Origin: an uncultured Pelagibacteraceae bacterium
GTDB lineage: Bacteria; Pseudomonadota; Alphaproteobacteria; Pelagibacterales; Pelagibacteraceae
Assembly: GCA_902572775.1 (NCBI GenBank)
Contig: CACGHF010000001.1
Span: 1,271-65,270 of the forward strand
DNA length: 64,000 nucleotides
Reading direction: 5' to 3'
Shown here: in pieces, positions 31,116-41,239 of the stretch
Layout: every line of letters starts with the position of its first letter
Position numbering within the stretch: the first letter of the stretch is position 1
Made by a program: the position numbers and the translations under genes
The notes under the pieces: generated by a model
What the model was told of the DNA's origin: nothing
What the model saw: only the letters and a program-made list of their open reading frames with translations
Databases searched by the model: none

Positions 31116-32165
31116 TACGTCTCCATCTTTTACAATGTAATCTTTACCTTCTAATCTCATTTTTCCGTTGGCTTTAGAATTCACCCACCCATCATTAGCT
31201 ACAAAATCCTCATACGATATAGTTTCAGCTCTAATGAAACCTTTCTCAAAATCTGTATGAATTTCTCCTGCAGCTTTGGGAGCAGTGCAATTTTTTTGTA
31301 TAGTCCAAGCCCTTGTTTCTTCAGGTCCAGAAGTAAAATACGTATCAAGTTCTAATATTTTATAGCCCTTTCGAATTAACATACTTAAACCTGTGTCTTT
31401 TAAACCAATCATATCCATATAATTTTTTTTTTCATCTTCTGCTAATTCATTTATTTGGTTTTCTATGTCTGCAGAAACAATCAGAGTGTTCTCTTTTCCA
31501 AATTTTTCGATAAAGTTTTTAGTATATTTATTTCCATCCTGTACGCTTTGCTCATCTACATTGCAAACAAAAATCTTTGGTTTTATTGATAAAAGGCCAC
31601 TTTGATTAAGTTGTTTTGTGTCGAATTGAGAATTTAATATTGATATATCTTTATCATTATTAATGCAGTCTAATGCAATCTCTAAAATCTTAAGCTGATT
31701 TTCGTCTACATTTTTCTTATTATTTTTTTCAAGTCTTTTTTGGATAGATTCTAGGTCAGCCAACATCATTTCAGTTTCAATGATCTCAAGATCTCTTATT
31801 GGGTCAACGTCAGGATTAACATTTTGAATATCATCTGAGTCAAAGCATCTAATCATATGAATAATTGCATCAACTTCTCTTATGTGAGACAGAAATTTAT
31901 TGCCTAACCCTTCACCTTTAGATGCACCCCTCACAAGACCAGCTATATCCACAAATGAAATAGTTGTATTTATTGTTTTTTTTGATTTTGAAACTTCTGA
32001 TAATTTACTCAATCTTTCATCTGGAACAGGGACCATTCCCACATTGGGATCTATCGTACAAAATGGAAAATTTGCAGCTTGGGCTTTGCTTGAGTTTGTA
32101 AGAGCATTGAAGAGTGTAGATTTACCCACATTAGGTAAACCAACAATTCCACATTTAAAGCTCAT
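31092..32165 (-). CDS. ychF: Redox-regulated ATPase YchF
   Basis: GIVGLPNVGKSTLFN, ANFPFCTI, IHTDFEKGFIRAE. Confidence 0.97.
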   Translation of the reverse strand: MSFKCGIVGLPNVGKSTLFNALTNSSKAQAANFPFCTIDPNVGMVPVPDERLSKLSEVSKSKKTINTTISFVDIAGLVRGASKGEGLGNKFLSHIREVDAIIHMIRCFDSDDIQNVNPDVDPIRDLEIIETEMMLADLESIQKRLEKNNKKNVDENQLKILEIALDCINNDKDISILNSQFDTKQLNQSGLLSIKPKIFVCNVDEQSVQDGNKYTKNFIEKFGKENTLIVSADIENQINELAEDEKKNYMDMIGLKDTGLSMLIRKGYKILELDTYFTSGPEETRAWTIQKNCTAPKAAGEIHTDFEKGFIRAETISYEDFVANDGWVNSKANGKMRLEGKDYIVKDGDVLNFRFNT

Positions 32166-32725
32166 TATTTATTGTTTACAGTGCTAGAGAATAAATCTAA
32201 TTTTTTGTCGATAAGTATTGATATAGAATCTGTAATGTTATTTGTAATTTTTTCCAATCCAAGCATTTCATCCTCATCAAAATTTTGAAGAACAAAATCA
32301 CTAACTTCCATTTTATCTTTTGGTTTACCAATTCCTATTCGCACTCTTGAATAATCTTTACCAATAAATTTATCTATTGATGCAATTCCGTTATGTCCCG
32401 CATCAGAACCGCCAAATTTTGCTTTTATTTTTCCAAATTCTACGTCCAGATCGTCATGAAAAACGATAACATCCTCAGCATCTATTTTAAAATATTCAAT
32501 TAATTCTCTAATACAAATTCCAGAATTATTCATAAATGTTAAAGGTTTAATAGCATAAACTTTTTGGTCTCCTACATTGCCAGTCGTAAGAAGTCCTTTG
32601 AATTTTGGTTTTTGTTTTGATAGTCCAAATTTTTTATTTATTGCATCTATAATTTTGAAACCAATATTGTGCCTATTGTTTTCACTATCTGGGGTTGGAT
32701 TGCCTAATCCTACAAGTAGAAGCAT
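32165..32725 (-). CDS. pth: Peptidyl-tRNA hydrolase
   Basis: VGLGNP, NRHNIGF, KPLTFMN, HDDLD, GHNG. Confidence 0.97.
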   Translation of the reverse strand: MLLLVGLGNPTPDSENNRHNIGFKIIDAINKKFGLSKQKPKFKGLLTTGNVGDQKVYAIKPLTFMNNSGICIRELIEYFKIDAEDVIVFHDDLDVEFGKIKAKFGGSDAGHNGIASIDKFIGKDYSRVRIGIGKPKDKMEVSDFVLQNFDEDEMLGLEKITNNITDSISILIDKKLDLFSSTVNNK

Positions 32726-32766
32726 AAAATATTAATAATGGAGGATAAAATTCAATTTTAATTAAC

Positions 32767-33480
32767 TTATTTTTTTTCTTCAGCAGGTTTTTTATCTTCA
32801 CCTTCTTTTTTATCACCTTCAGCTGCTGGTTTATCTCCACCTTCAGCCGCCGCCGCTTCTGCTCCTTCAGCACCTTCTCCTTCAGCCGCCTCAGCTTCCG
32901 CAGGTTTTTCAGGCTCTTTCATAACAGTAGGGGCTGCTAGGGTTGCGATTACGAAATCTCTACCTTGAATGGTAGGAGTAACATCACTGTCGAGATTTAT
33001 AGAAGAAATCTTAAAACTTTCTCCAATATCAACTCCATCAAGATCTATTACAAGATTTTCAGGAATTTTTTCGCTTGGACATTTTAGTTCAACTTTTCTT
33101 CTTACAATGTTTAAAACCCCGCCTCTTTTCAAACCAGGAGATTTTTCATGATTTAAAAATTTTACTGGAACTTCAATTCTAACTTTTATTCCTGCGACTA
33201 TTCTTAGAAAGTCTACATGAATTGGCTCATCTGAAATAATGTCATATTTTATTTCTCTTGGAAGAGCTTTTTGAGGTTTGCCATCAACATTTAAAGTTAT
33301 GATGCTTGATAAGAAATTTTCTTTTTCAATTAGTGATTTAAGTACCTTTTTAGATATAGAAATCTTTTCATTTTGAGCTTCACCACCATAAATTATCGCA
33401 GGTACATTACCGTTATCCCTAAGTGAATTAAGCTCACCTTTAGTTTTTGTAGTTCTGATGTTAGCGTCTAATGAATTCAT
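32767..33480 (-). CDS. rplY: 50S ribosomal protein L25/Ctc with acidic Ala/Glu tail
   Basis: VPAIIYG, HVDF, SPGLKRGG; prs-rplY-pth-ychF order. Confidence 0.95.
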   Translation of the reverse strand: MNSLDANIRTTKTKGELNSLRDNGNVPAIIYGGEAQNEKISISKKVLKSLIEKENFLSSIITLNVDGKPQKALPREIKYDIISDEPIHVDFLRIVAGIKVRIEVPVKFLNHEKSPGLKRGGVLNIVRRKVELKCPSEKIPENLVIDLDGVDIGESFKISSINLDSDVTPTIQGRDFVIATLAAPTVMKEPEKPAEAEAAEGEGAEGAEAAAAEGGDKPAAEGDKKEGEDKKPAEEKK

Positions 33481-33525
33481 AAAAACAAGGGTTTTTAGCT
33501 CAAGTTCCTCAATAACTCAAGGTAT

Positions 33526-34458
33526 TTATTTGAATAAATCTGATACTGAAGTTGAGTTAGATATTCTTTTAATTGCTTCACCCATAAGGCTAGAAATTGA
33601 CAGAACCTCAATGTTTTTAGCACCTTTAACTCTGTTCATATTGTCAATTGTATCAGTGATAACCAAATTTTTAATTACAGAATTTTTAATTTTTTTTACA
33701 GCTTCACCGCTGAGTACACCATGAGTTATATACACATATACTTCTTTAGCTCCTCGATCTTTAAGAGCTTTAGCTGCATTTACAATTGTTCCACCTGAGT
33801 CGATTATATCATCAACAATAATGCAAGTTTTTCCTTTAACATCTCCAACAATATTCATTACTTGAGATTGACCTGGCTTTGCTCTTCTTTTATCTACAAT
33901 AGCCAATCCAACGTTTAAAATTTTTCCAAGCGCTCTAGCTCTCTCAGTACCACCCACGTCTGGAGCTACACAAATTAAGTTCTTACTTTTTATCTTCTTT
34001 TTTACATGTCTTGCAAAAATAGGTGTTGCAAACAAGTTGTCTACTGGAATATCAAAAAAACCTTGAATTTGACCTGCATGCAAATCAACAGTGACAACTC
34101 TATCTGCCCCTGCTTTTGTGATTAAATTCGATACAAGCTTAGCTGATATTGATGTTCTTGGTGCAACTTTTCTATCCTGTCTAGCATAACCAAAGTAAGG
34201 GATAACCGCTGTAATATTCTTTGCTGACGATCTCTTAAGCGCATCAACGCATAATAGCAGTTCCATTAGGTTATCATTTGCAGGTGATGAAATTGATTGA
34301 ATTAAAAAAATACTATTCCCTCTGATATTTTCATTAATTTCAACATAGATTTCCCCATCAGAAAAATTTCTAATACTTGAATTAACTAATTTTGATTTTA
34401 GATATTTGGCAATATTCTTGCTTAATGGCTTGTTGCTATTTCCGGATAATAATTTCAT
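33526..34458 (-). CDS. prs: Ribose-phosphate pyrophosphokinase
   Basis: [37 protein letters not shown]. Confidence 0.98.
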   Translation of the reverse strand: MKLLSGNSNKPLSKNIAKYLKSKLVNSSIRNFSDGEIYVEINENIRGNSIFLIQSISSPANDNLMELLLCVDALKRSSAKNITAVIPYFGYARQDRKVAPRTSISAKLVSNLITKAGADRVVTVDLHAGQIQGFFDIPVDNLFATPIFARHVKKKIKSKNLICVAPDVGGTERARALGKILNVGLAIVDKRRAKPGQSQVMNIVGDVKGKTCIIVDDIIDSGGTIVNAAKALKDRGAKEVYVYITHGVLSGEAVKKIKNSVIKNLVITDTIDNMNRVKGAKNIEVLSISSLMGEAIKRISNSTSVSDLFK

Positions 34459-34467
34459 TCAAAAAGC

Positions 34468-35226
34468 CTAATTAAGCATAATTATTGAAATATTTCTACC
34501 ATAATCATCATGATTTAAACTTAACGCTCTCCTCGCACTAAAAAAATTATTATTAATATCAAATGTATCAAGATTAATAGACTCAATATTTTTTATTTGA
34601 TTCTTTAAAAGACATGATTTTACATATTTAGGTAAATCAAAATAAAGCTTTTTGTACTTAATTTTAAAAAATTTATTATTTTTTTTATCCTTTTTTATAA
34701 ATTTTCTTTTAAAATCTTGTTTAACTTCGTAATTTTTAGCTGAGATAGCAGGTCCGATAGCAGCAGTAATATTTTTAGGATTAGATCCTTTTTTGATCAT
34801 AAATTGGATTACTTTGCTAATTATATCTTTGTATGCGCCTTTCCACCCTGCATGAATTGCTGCAACTAATTTTGTTCTTTCATCACAGATTAAAATCGGC
34901 ACGCAGTCAGCAGTTAAAACACCAATTGGTATATTTTTTTGGTTTGTAATTACAGCGTCTGCTTTTGGTTTTGATATAAATTTATTTTTTTTATTAATAT
35001 AAACAAATTTATTACTATGTATTTGATGAAGTAAAAAAATACTTTTAGCGGTGCTTTTTATCTTTTCTTTAACTATTTTTAAATTTTTTTTTACATCTGA
35101 GGGATTATCTTTAGATCCAGGACCACAGTTTAAACTTTTATAAATTTTTTTTGATTTACCACCAGTTTTATTAAAAAAACCATGTTTAATTATTTTTATT
35201 TTCAAAAGTTTTTTTGATTTTATCAA
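34468..35226 (-). CDS. pgeF: PgeF/YfiH family (purine nucleoside phosphorylase / laccase domain)
   Basis: HGFF, SLNCG, QIHS, TADCVP, HAGWKG. Confidence 0.92.
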   Translation of the reverse strand: MIKSKKLLKIKIIKHGFFNKTGGKSKKIYKSLNCGPGSKDNPSDVKKNLKIVKEKIKSTAKSIFLLHQIHSNKFVYINKKNKFISKPKADAVITNQKNIPIGVLTADCVPILICDERTKLVAAIHAGWKGAYKDIISKVIQFMIKKGSNPKNITAAIGPAISAKNYEVKQDFKRKFIKKDKKNNKFFKIKYKKLYFDLPKYVKSCLLKNQIKNIESINLDTFDINNNFFSARRALSLNHDDYGRNISIIMLN

Positions 35227-36275
35227 TTTTGAAAACCTGTCTTAAAATTATTTCTCTTATTTTTTACAAGCATGACTTTGAACAATTCACCCATTTGATT
35301 TTCGTCAATTAAACGTCTTACTCGATAAAATAAATCTGCTTTTTTAGAAAAAGCTATATTTTTGCTGATTATTTCTGCTCTTTGAAGAATACCCATATTT
35401 GTTAAAAATTTTTTTTGATTTGTAAAAATTGAATTAATTTCTTTGAACTGATTTATAAATTTTTCAAAGGAACGAAAGTTTATATTATAAGTAATATCAG
35501 AGTCTCCAATATTTTCTAAAACGTTAGAATATTTGTGATTATTCACTGCCTGAAGAGTTTCATGCATTTTGCTATCCGCATAACCATAATCAATAACTAA
35601 TATTCCTCCATCATTTTTTTGTATTAAGTCACAAATTGTTCTTAAATATTTAAATGCATCTGGTGAATACTCTATAACGCTCTGATCTTTTGATATTTCG
35701 AAATTAAGATCTTTTTCAATTGTTTCTATATCAATTTTTTCATCTTTAAATTCAGCTTTGTTTGGATCACTTAAATTCACAAATCTTTCAAACCAACTAT
35801 CTTTTTTTTTAAAAAATTGTTTGATTGGTATGGCGTCAAAAAATTCATTAGCTAAAAAAATTGTTGGGTTTGAGTTAATTTTTTCAATGTTTTTTAACCA
35901 TGAAAATTTTTTAGAATTTAAATTTTTTTTTTGTTCATTTAATAAAAAATCACTTTTTTCATGAATTACAAAACTGCAGGCATTGTAACACTCTGGAAAA
36001 TTTATAAGTGTCTCATCTATGACTTTCATCATTTCACCATTTCCAGCTCCCAGTTCTAGCAAATTAAATTTTTTTGGGGAGCCAATGCTTTTCCAAAAAG
36101 TAATCGTCCAAATTGCGATAATTTCTGAAAATAATCTTGTAACATTGGGAGCAGTAATAAAGTCTCCATCTTCACCAAAAGGATTTTTTTTCATATAAAA
36201 ACCTTTGTCCTTATCGTAAAGAGCAAAATTTATAAATTGATCTAATGGTAAATTATTTGTTTTAGCGAGTTTCAT
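35223..36275 (-). CDS. SAM-dependent methyltransferase, NDUFAF7/MidA family
   Basis: GDFITAP, ELGAGNG, ANEFFDAIP, IDYG, MGELFKV. Confidence 0.92.
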   Translation of the reverse strand: MKLAKTNNLPLDQFINFALYDKDKGFYMKKNPFGEDGDFITAPNVTRLFSEIIAIWTITFWKSIGSPKKFNLLELGAGNGEMMKVIDETLINFPECYNACSFVIHEKSDFLLNEQKKNLNSKKFSWLKNIEKINSNPTIFLANEFFDAIPIKQFFKKKDSWFERFVNLSDPNKAEFKDEKIDIETIEKDLNFEISKDQSVIEYSPDAFKYLRTICDLIQKNDGGILVIDYGYADSKMHETLQAVNNHKYSNVLENIGDSDITYNINFRSFEKFINQFKEINSIFTNQKKFLTNMGILQRAEIISKNIAFSKKADLFYRVRRLIDENQMGELFKVMLVKNKRNNFKTGFQN

Positions 36276-37032
36276 ATTTTAAATAAAATAATATTACTCC
36301 TGATATTATAAATATTAAACTTACTACTTGCCCCATCGTTAAGTTTAAAAGTATATAACCAAGCTGTTCATCTGGTACTCTATAAAATTCAATAATAAAT
36401 CTGAAAATTGAGTAAATTATTAAAAATAGTCCTGAAATCAAACCAGGTTTGTTTGAAAATTTATTTTTAAAATAAATTAATAATAAAAATAAAAATAAAC
36501 CCTCTAATAGTGCCTCATATAATTGCGAGGGGTGTCTGGGAAGATTATCTACCTGAACAAATGTTACTGCCCAGGGCACATTGGTTATAGTTCCATACAA
36601 CTCTGAATTTATAAAGTTTGCTATTCGTCCAAAAAATAATCCTACTGGAGCTACTAAAGCAACAATATCTAAATATAAGAATGGGTTCTGATTATTTTTT
36701 TTAGCGAAAAATATAGATGCGAAAATAACTCCAATTAAACCACCATGGAAGGACATTCCTCCTTGCCAAATTTTAAATATATCTAATGGATTATTTATAT
36801 AAAAACTTAAATTATATATAATAATATAACCAAGTCTTCCTCCTAAAATTATACCTATAATTAAATAAGTTAAATAATCATCAAATTTATTTTTAACTTC
36901 TATGTCTTGGATAAATAATTTTTTTGCGAGAATCCAGCCCAATATAATTCCAAATACATAAGCTAAAGAATACCATCTGATTTCTAAAGAAAATATTTCT
37001 AAGGCTACTGGGTCAAAATTATTAATGAACAT
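36262..37032 (-). CDS. lgt: Prolipoprotein diacylglyceryl transferase
   Basis: IRWY, GGRLGY, WQGGMSFHGG, GRIANFINSEL, RHPSQLYE. Confidence 0.97.
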   Translation of the reverse strand: MFINNFDPVALEIFSLEIRWYSLAYVFGIILGWILAKKLFIQDIEVKNKFDDYLTYLIIGIILGGRLGYIIIYNLSFYINNPLDIFKIWQGGMSFHGGLIGVIFASIFFAKKNNQNPFLYLDIVALVAPVGLFFGRIANFINSELYGTITNVPWAVTFVQVDNLPRHPSQLYEALLEGLFLFLLLIYFKNKFSNKPGLISGLFLIIYSIFRFIIEFYRVPDEQLGYILLNLTMGQVVSLIFIISGVILFYLKYETR

Positions 37033-37064
37033 TTTTAATAATACTTATAATGTATATCTTAAAT

Positions 37065-37316
37065 ATGAAAAATTCTAAATTTATAATTGATAAGTTTGCT
37101 AAATTAATAGAGCAGGGATTAGTATCCTCAAAAGACTTAACTACTGAATTATTTAATATCCTAAAATCTAAAAGAGATGAGTTTGTTTTTAAAATGAAAC
37201 TTACAAGTAAAGATGAGTTTGAAGTACTCTCAAAACGTGTTGAGAATCTTGAAAATAAAATAAATAAACTTGAGAAAACAAAAAATAAAAAAGTTAAACA
37301 GGCAAGAAAACCTTAA
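37065..37316 (+). CDS. UbiK/YqiC (BMFP)-like small coiled-coil accessory factor (start 37050 or 37065)
   Basis: KMKLTSKDEFEV resembles the LDLVTREEF family motif; divergent from lgt as in other alphaproteobacteria. Confidence 0.7.
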   Translation: MKNSKFIIDKFAKLIEQGLVSSKDLTTELFNILKSKRDEFVFKMKLTSKDEFEVLSKRVENLENKINKLEKTKNKKVKQARKP

Positions 37317-38613
37317 CTCTTAAACCATCCATTTTTGATTTTTCTAACATTATATTTCCTCCATGAGATTTGATAATGTCTGATGAAATTGATAAGCCAA
37401 GACCAACACTTGATTTAGTGTCTGCTCGACCCTTATCTATTTTATAGAAAGGTTTAAATACATTTTCATACTCATTTTTTGGTATTCCAGGACCATCATC
37501 ATCAATAATAATGAATAAGTTTGTATTTTTTTTACTTAAGCTAATTTCAACTTTATTTGCATATTTCAGTGAATTATCAATTAGATTATTAAGACACCTA
37601 TTAATTAAATTTTTCCTGCCGTTAAAGTAAATTCTTGGTGTTAAGTTTTGTGAAATATTTTCGTTATTATATTTTTCAATAACTTCCGAAATTAATTCAG
37701 ATAGATTAAACATTTCATCTTTTTCAACATATGATGAACTGGTGAATTGCAAATATTCATTTAGCATTTTCTCCATTTCATTGATGTCTTCAGTCAATTT
37801 ATTAACAGTTTCTTTATCTTTTATAAAAGCTAATTGTAGTTTCATCCTTGTTAAGGGTGTCCTTAAATCATGACTTATTCCAGATAACATTTCTGTTCTT
37901 TGATTTAAGTGTCTTTCAATTCTCTTTCTCATTTTATCAAATTCATGTCCTGCTTGTCTTATTTCAAGGGCTCCAGAAGGTTTGAACTCTTCAATATTTT
38001 CTCCCTTACCAAACCTTTCAGCCGCACGAGCTAGATTTGTAATTGGTCTAGTTTGATTTTTTAAAAATATAAGAGAAATGATAACCATTATAATTGCAGG
38101 TACTGTGATCCAAAGTGCAAATATTCTTGCTGAAGAACTTGCAACTCTATCTTTAGGCACTAAAAATTTAAAATAACCATCTTCATATTTAATTCTTAAA
38201 TCAATTAATTCTTGATAACTTGTTGTATCAAACCAGTATTCATCTAATCCAAATTTAGATTTTAGCTCTCTTCTTAAGGTTCTATCGATTGGACTAAACC
38301 ATCTTTCGGTATCTGTATTTTGTAATTTCTCTTTATTGATGAATTCAATGTTTAAGTCTAAAAATATTGAGAAAAGATCTAGCAACTCTTGTTTATTTTC
38401 TTGCTCACTTCCATAGGCTTCAATAAATGTACTAATTTCATTTACTAAGGTTCTTGTCATACCTTTATTTGTTTTGATCCAAAGGCTATCAAAAAAAACA
38501 ATTGTAATTACTAGTTGCAAAACTAAAACTGGAATAGCAACTATAAGAAGCGCTCTGTAAAATAATCTTTTTGGTAATATTTTTTTTAAGTAATTACTCA
38601 ATCCAGAGAACAT
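37294..38613 (-). CDS. EnvZ-like sensor histidine kinase (likely start MFSG at 38613)
   Basis: Two TMs, HAMP, ISHDLRTPL H-box, NLIDN, DDGPGI, GLGL. Confidence 0.93.
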   Translation of the reverse strand: MFSGLSNYLKKILPKRLFYRALLIVAIPVLVLQLVITIVFFDSLWIKTNKGMTRTLVNEISTFIEAYGSEQENKQELLDLFSIFLDLNIEFINKEKLQNTDTERWFSPIDRTLRRELKSKFGLDEYWFDTTSYQELIDLRIKYEDGYFKFLVPKDRVASSSARIFALWITVPAIIMVIISLIFLKNQTRPITNLARAAERFGKGENIEEFKPSGALEIRQAGHEFDKMRKRIERHLNQRTEMLSGISHDLRTPLTRMKLQLAFIKDKETVNKLTEDINEMEKMLNEYLQFTSSSYVEKDEMFNLSELISEVIEKYNNENISQNLTPRIYFNGRKNLINRCLNNLIDNSLKYANKVEISLSKKNTNLFIIIDDDGPGIPKNEYENVFKPFYKIDKGRADTKSSVGLGLSISSDIIKSHGGNIMLEKSKMDGLRVKVFLPV

Positions 38614-39271
38614 ATCCTGCACCTCTTATTGTCTGTAAAAATTTTGGATTTTTTGGATCAATTTCAATTTTTTTTCTAAGCCGAGTAATAATAACATCTA
38701 TTGATCTCTCTTTATCTAGATTAATTAATTTACCAATATCTTCCCTAGAAAATGTTTTACCTGGGTTGTTAATCATTTTTTCTAAAATTGTTTTTTCGGT
38801 TGCATTAATTTTAAATTCTTTATCACTTTTAAATATTAAAAGTTTAGTCAAATCAATTTTCACATTTGCAAATTCTATAACTCTTTTCTGATCCGTTTTG
38901 ATAGTTTTATTTAATATATTTTTTATTCTTAGAATTAATTCTTTTGGTTCAAATGGTTTCGGTAAATAATCATCAGCACCAATCTCTAACCCTTCAACCC
39001 TTTCACTTGCTTCACCCCTAGCAGTCAGAAGTATAACTGGTGTATCTAATTTTTTTTTATTTTCTTTTAAAAATTCAAGCCCACTTTTACCAGGCATCAT
39101 GATATCCAAAACTATTAAATCAAACTTAATTATTTTTATTTTCTCTGATGCATTTTCTGCATTTTCAGCAGTAGTGACTAAAAATTTATTTTCATTTAAA
39201 TACTTTTTTACAAGAGATCTAATTCCATCATCATCATCAACCACTAGTATATGTGCAATAAACTTATCCAT
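38594..39271 (-). CDS. OmpR-family response regulator (PetR-like)
   Basis: LVVDDD, LDIMMPG, GADDYLPKPF, RSIDVIITRLRKKIE, TIRGAGY. Confidence 0.95.
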   Translation of the reverse strand: MDKFIAHILVVDDDDGIRSLVKKYLNENKFLVTTAENAENASEKIKIIKFDLIVLDIMMPGKSGLEFLKENKKKLDTPVILLTARGEASERVEGLEIGADDYLPKPFEPKELILRIKNILNKTIKTDQKRVIEFANVKIDLTKLLIFKSDKEFKINATEKTILEKMINNPGKTFSREDIGKLINLDKERSIDVIITRLRKKIEIDPKNPKFLQTIRGAGYVLWIE

Positions 39272-39701
39272 TAATTATTTTACTTAGTACATTATCAAAA
39301 TTAATAACTTCTTCAGAACTTGAATTTAGCAAAGCATTATAAATTCTTTTTTTTTGTAAATTGAAAATTTCATTAAAAATTTTTTTACCTTTATCATTAA
39401 GAAAAACATGCTTTACTCTAGTATCTTGGTCATCTTTTTTAAAAATGACGATTTCAAGTTTAATCAAATCTTTGAGAACACGATTTAAGCTTTGTTTTGT
39501 TACTTTTAATCTCTTAAGTAGCTCAGAAATTGAGATCCCCTCATACATTGACAGTAAATGAATTACTTTATGGTGTGCTAAACCAATTGAATATCTATCT
39601 AATATTTTTTTAGAGTCAGAAAAGGTTTCTCTATAGCTTACGAATAGTTTTTCAATTAGATCTTTAAGCTGGTCATCTTTTAAATATAAAAGTTCTTTCA
39701 T
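39264..39701 (-). CDS. MarR-family regulator (PetP-like; likely start MKELL at 39701)
   Basis: GLAHHKVIH, VTKQSLNRVLKDL wHTH, D.R motif. Confidence 0.88.
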   Translation of the reverse strand: MKELLYLKDDQLKDLIEKLFVSYRETFSDSKKILDRYSIGLAHHKVIHLLSMYEGISISELLKRLKVTKQSLNRVLKDLIKLEIVIFKKDDQDTRVKHVFLNDKGKKIFNEIFNLQKKRIYNALLNSSSEEVINFDNVLSKIING

Positions 39702-39726
39702 AATAGGTAAGTTATATTGACATATT
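39702..39726. promoter_or_regulatory. Imperfect palindrome, candidate MarR operator between the marR gene and ilvE
   Basis: AATAGGTAA-GTTATAT-TGACATATT (7 of 9 arm positions complementary), directly abutting the marR start. Confidence 0.55.
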
Positions 39727-39774
39727 AAAGATACAAAGATATTTTTCATTTATAAATTAAAAAAATTTTCACAC

Positions 39775-40656
39775 ATGATACCTTACGACAAGCGATCTGG
39801 AAAAATATGGTACAACAACGAATTAGTTGATTGGGCTGACGTTAAACTACATGTTTTAAGCCATGGTATGCACTACGCCAGTTGTGTATTTGAGGGTGAG
39901 AGAGTTTATGATGGTTCAATTTTTAAATTAGAAGAGCACACAGCTAGATTTTTTCATTCTGCAAGAAGAATGGGTTTTGAAATTCCATATACAGAAGAAG
40001 AAATCAATAATGCATCCAATAAAATTATAGCAACCCAAAAAGTAGAAAATGGTTATGTGAGACCTGTTGCTTGGAGAGGTAGTGAGATGATGGCTATTTC
40101 TGCACAACAAACAAAAATACATGTTGCGATTGCAACATGGGAATGGGGATCATATTTTGATCCTAAACTTAAAGTAGAAGGAATAAGATTAAATATTTCA
40201 AATTGGAGAAGACCAGCGCCTAATACAATACCATGGGATACAAAGGCGTCAGGTCTTTACATGATTTGTACACTCTCAAAACATGAGGCAGAAAAGCAAG
40301 GATATACAGATTCTTTAATGCTTGATCACGAAGGAAATATTGCTGAAGCAACTGGTGCAAATATTTTTTTCAAAGATAAAAATGGAGAAATTCATACTCC
40401 AATACCAGATTCTTTTTTAGATGGTATTACAAGAAGAACCGTAATTGGAATTGCAAAATCAAAAAATATAAAAGTGCATGAAAGAAAAATTAGTCCTACT
40501 GAATTACCTAATTTTGTTGGATGTTTTTTAACAGGAACAGCAGCAGAGGTAACTCCAGTATCTTGTATTGCTGAAAATCAATTTAAAGTTTGTGATACTA
40601 TTATTGATTTGAATGAAAGTTATCAGGCATTAGTTAGGAAGAAAAAAGCAGCTTAG
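39775..40656 (+). CDS. ilvE: Branched-chain amino acid aminotransferase
   Basis: HYASCVFEG, YVRP, KASGLY, EATGAN, LDGITR, TGTAAE. Confidence 0.96.
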   Translation: MIPYDKRSGKIWYNNELVDWADVKLHVLSHGMHYASCVFEGERVYDGSIFKLEEHTARFFHSARRMGFEIPYTEEEINNASNKIIATQKVENGYVRPVAWRGSEMMAISAQQTKIHVAIATWEWGSYFDPKLKVEGIRLNISNWRRPAPNTIPWDTKASGLYMICTLSKHEAEKQGYTDSLMLDHEGNIAEATGANIFFKDKNGEIHTPIPDSFLDGITRRTVIGIAKSKNIKVHERKISPTELPNFVGCFLTGTAAEVTPVSCIAENQFKVCDTIIDLNESYQALVRKKKAA

Positions 40657-41237
40657 TCTTTATTGTCCTCAGACATAGCGTGATCAATACCTTTTCGCAT
40701 ATAATCATATGCAGTAAAAAGTGTTAAAGCAGCGGATAACCATAAAAGAATTATACCTATAGTTTGAGCATTATAATCTTGGAAATTAATTATTTTATTT
40801 CCAGTATCTCCAGATAATAAAAGAGCTATCGATACCATTTGTAATACTGTTTTAAGTTTAGCAAGGTTTGAAACAGGAAGTTTTATTTTTCCCTTTGCTA
40901 AAAATTCTCTCAAACCTGAAATTAAAATTTCTCTTGTCAGAATTATGATTGCTGCAATCACCTCATAATTTCTGATTGTTCCATCCATAACCAGAAGTAT
41001 TAATGCTGTAGCAACAATGATTTTATCAGCTATAGGATCTAATAATTCACCCAGTTTTGACTCTACTCCAAACATTCTAGCCAACATACCATCTAAAAAG
41101 TCTGTAAATGATGCAATAATAAATAATATTAAAGCAGTAAGATCACCATAAAATCCTGGAAGATAAAAAGCCAAAACAAAAAAAGGAACAATTATTATTC
41201 GCCCTATCGTTAATATGTTTGGAATTTTTTTTAGCAT
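40653..41237 (-). CDS. pgsA: CDP-diacylglycerol-glycerol-3-phosphate 3-phosphatidyltransferase
   Basis: IPNILT.GR, TDFLDG.LAR, G..LDPIADK; follows uvrC. Confidence 0.95.
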   Translation of the reverse strand: MLKKIPNILTIGRIIIVPFFVLAFYLPGFYGDLTALILFIIASFTDFLDGMLARMFGVESKLGELLDPIADKIIVATALILLVMDGTIRNYEVIAAIIILTREILISGLREFLAKGKIKLPVSNLAKLKTVLQMVSIALLLSGDTGNKIINFQDYNAQTIGIILLWLSAALTLFTAYDYMRKGIDHAMSEDNKD

Positions 41238-41239
41238 AA

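Noticed and set aside
32767-32915. GC-richer repetitive stretch at the rplY 3' end
   Set aside because: Encodes the ordinary Ala/Glu/Gly low-complexity tail of L25/Ctc.
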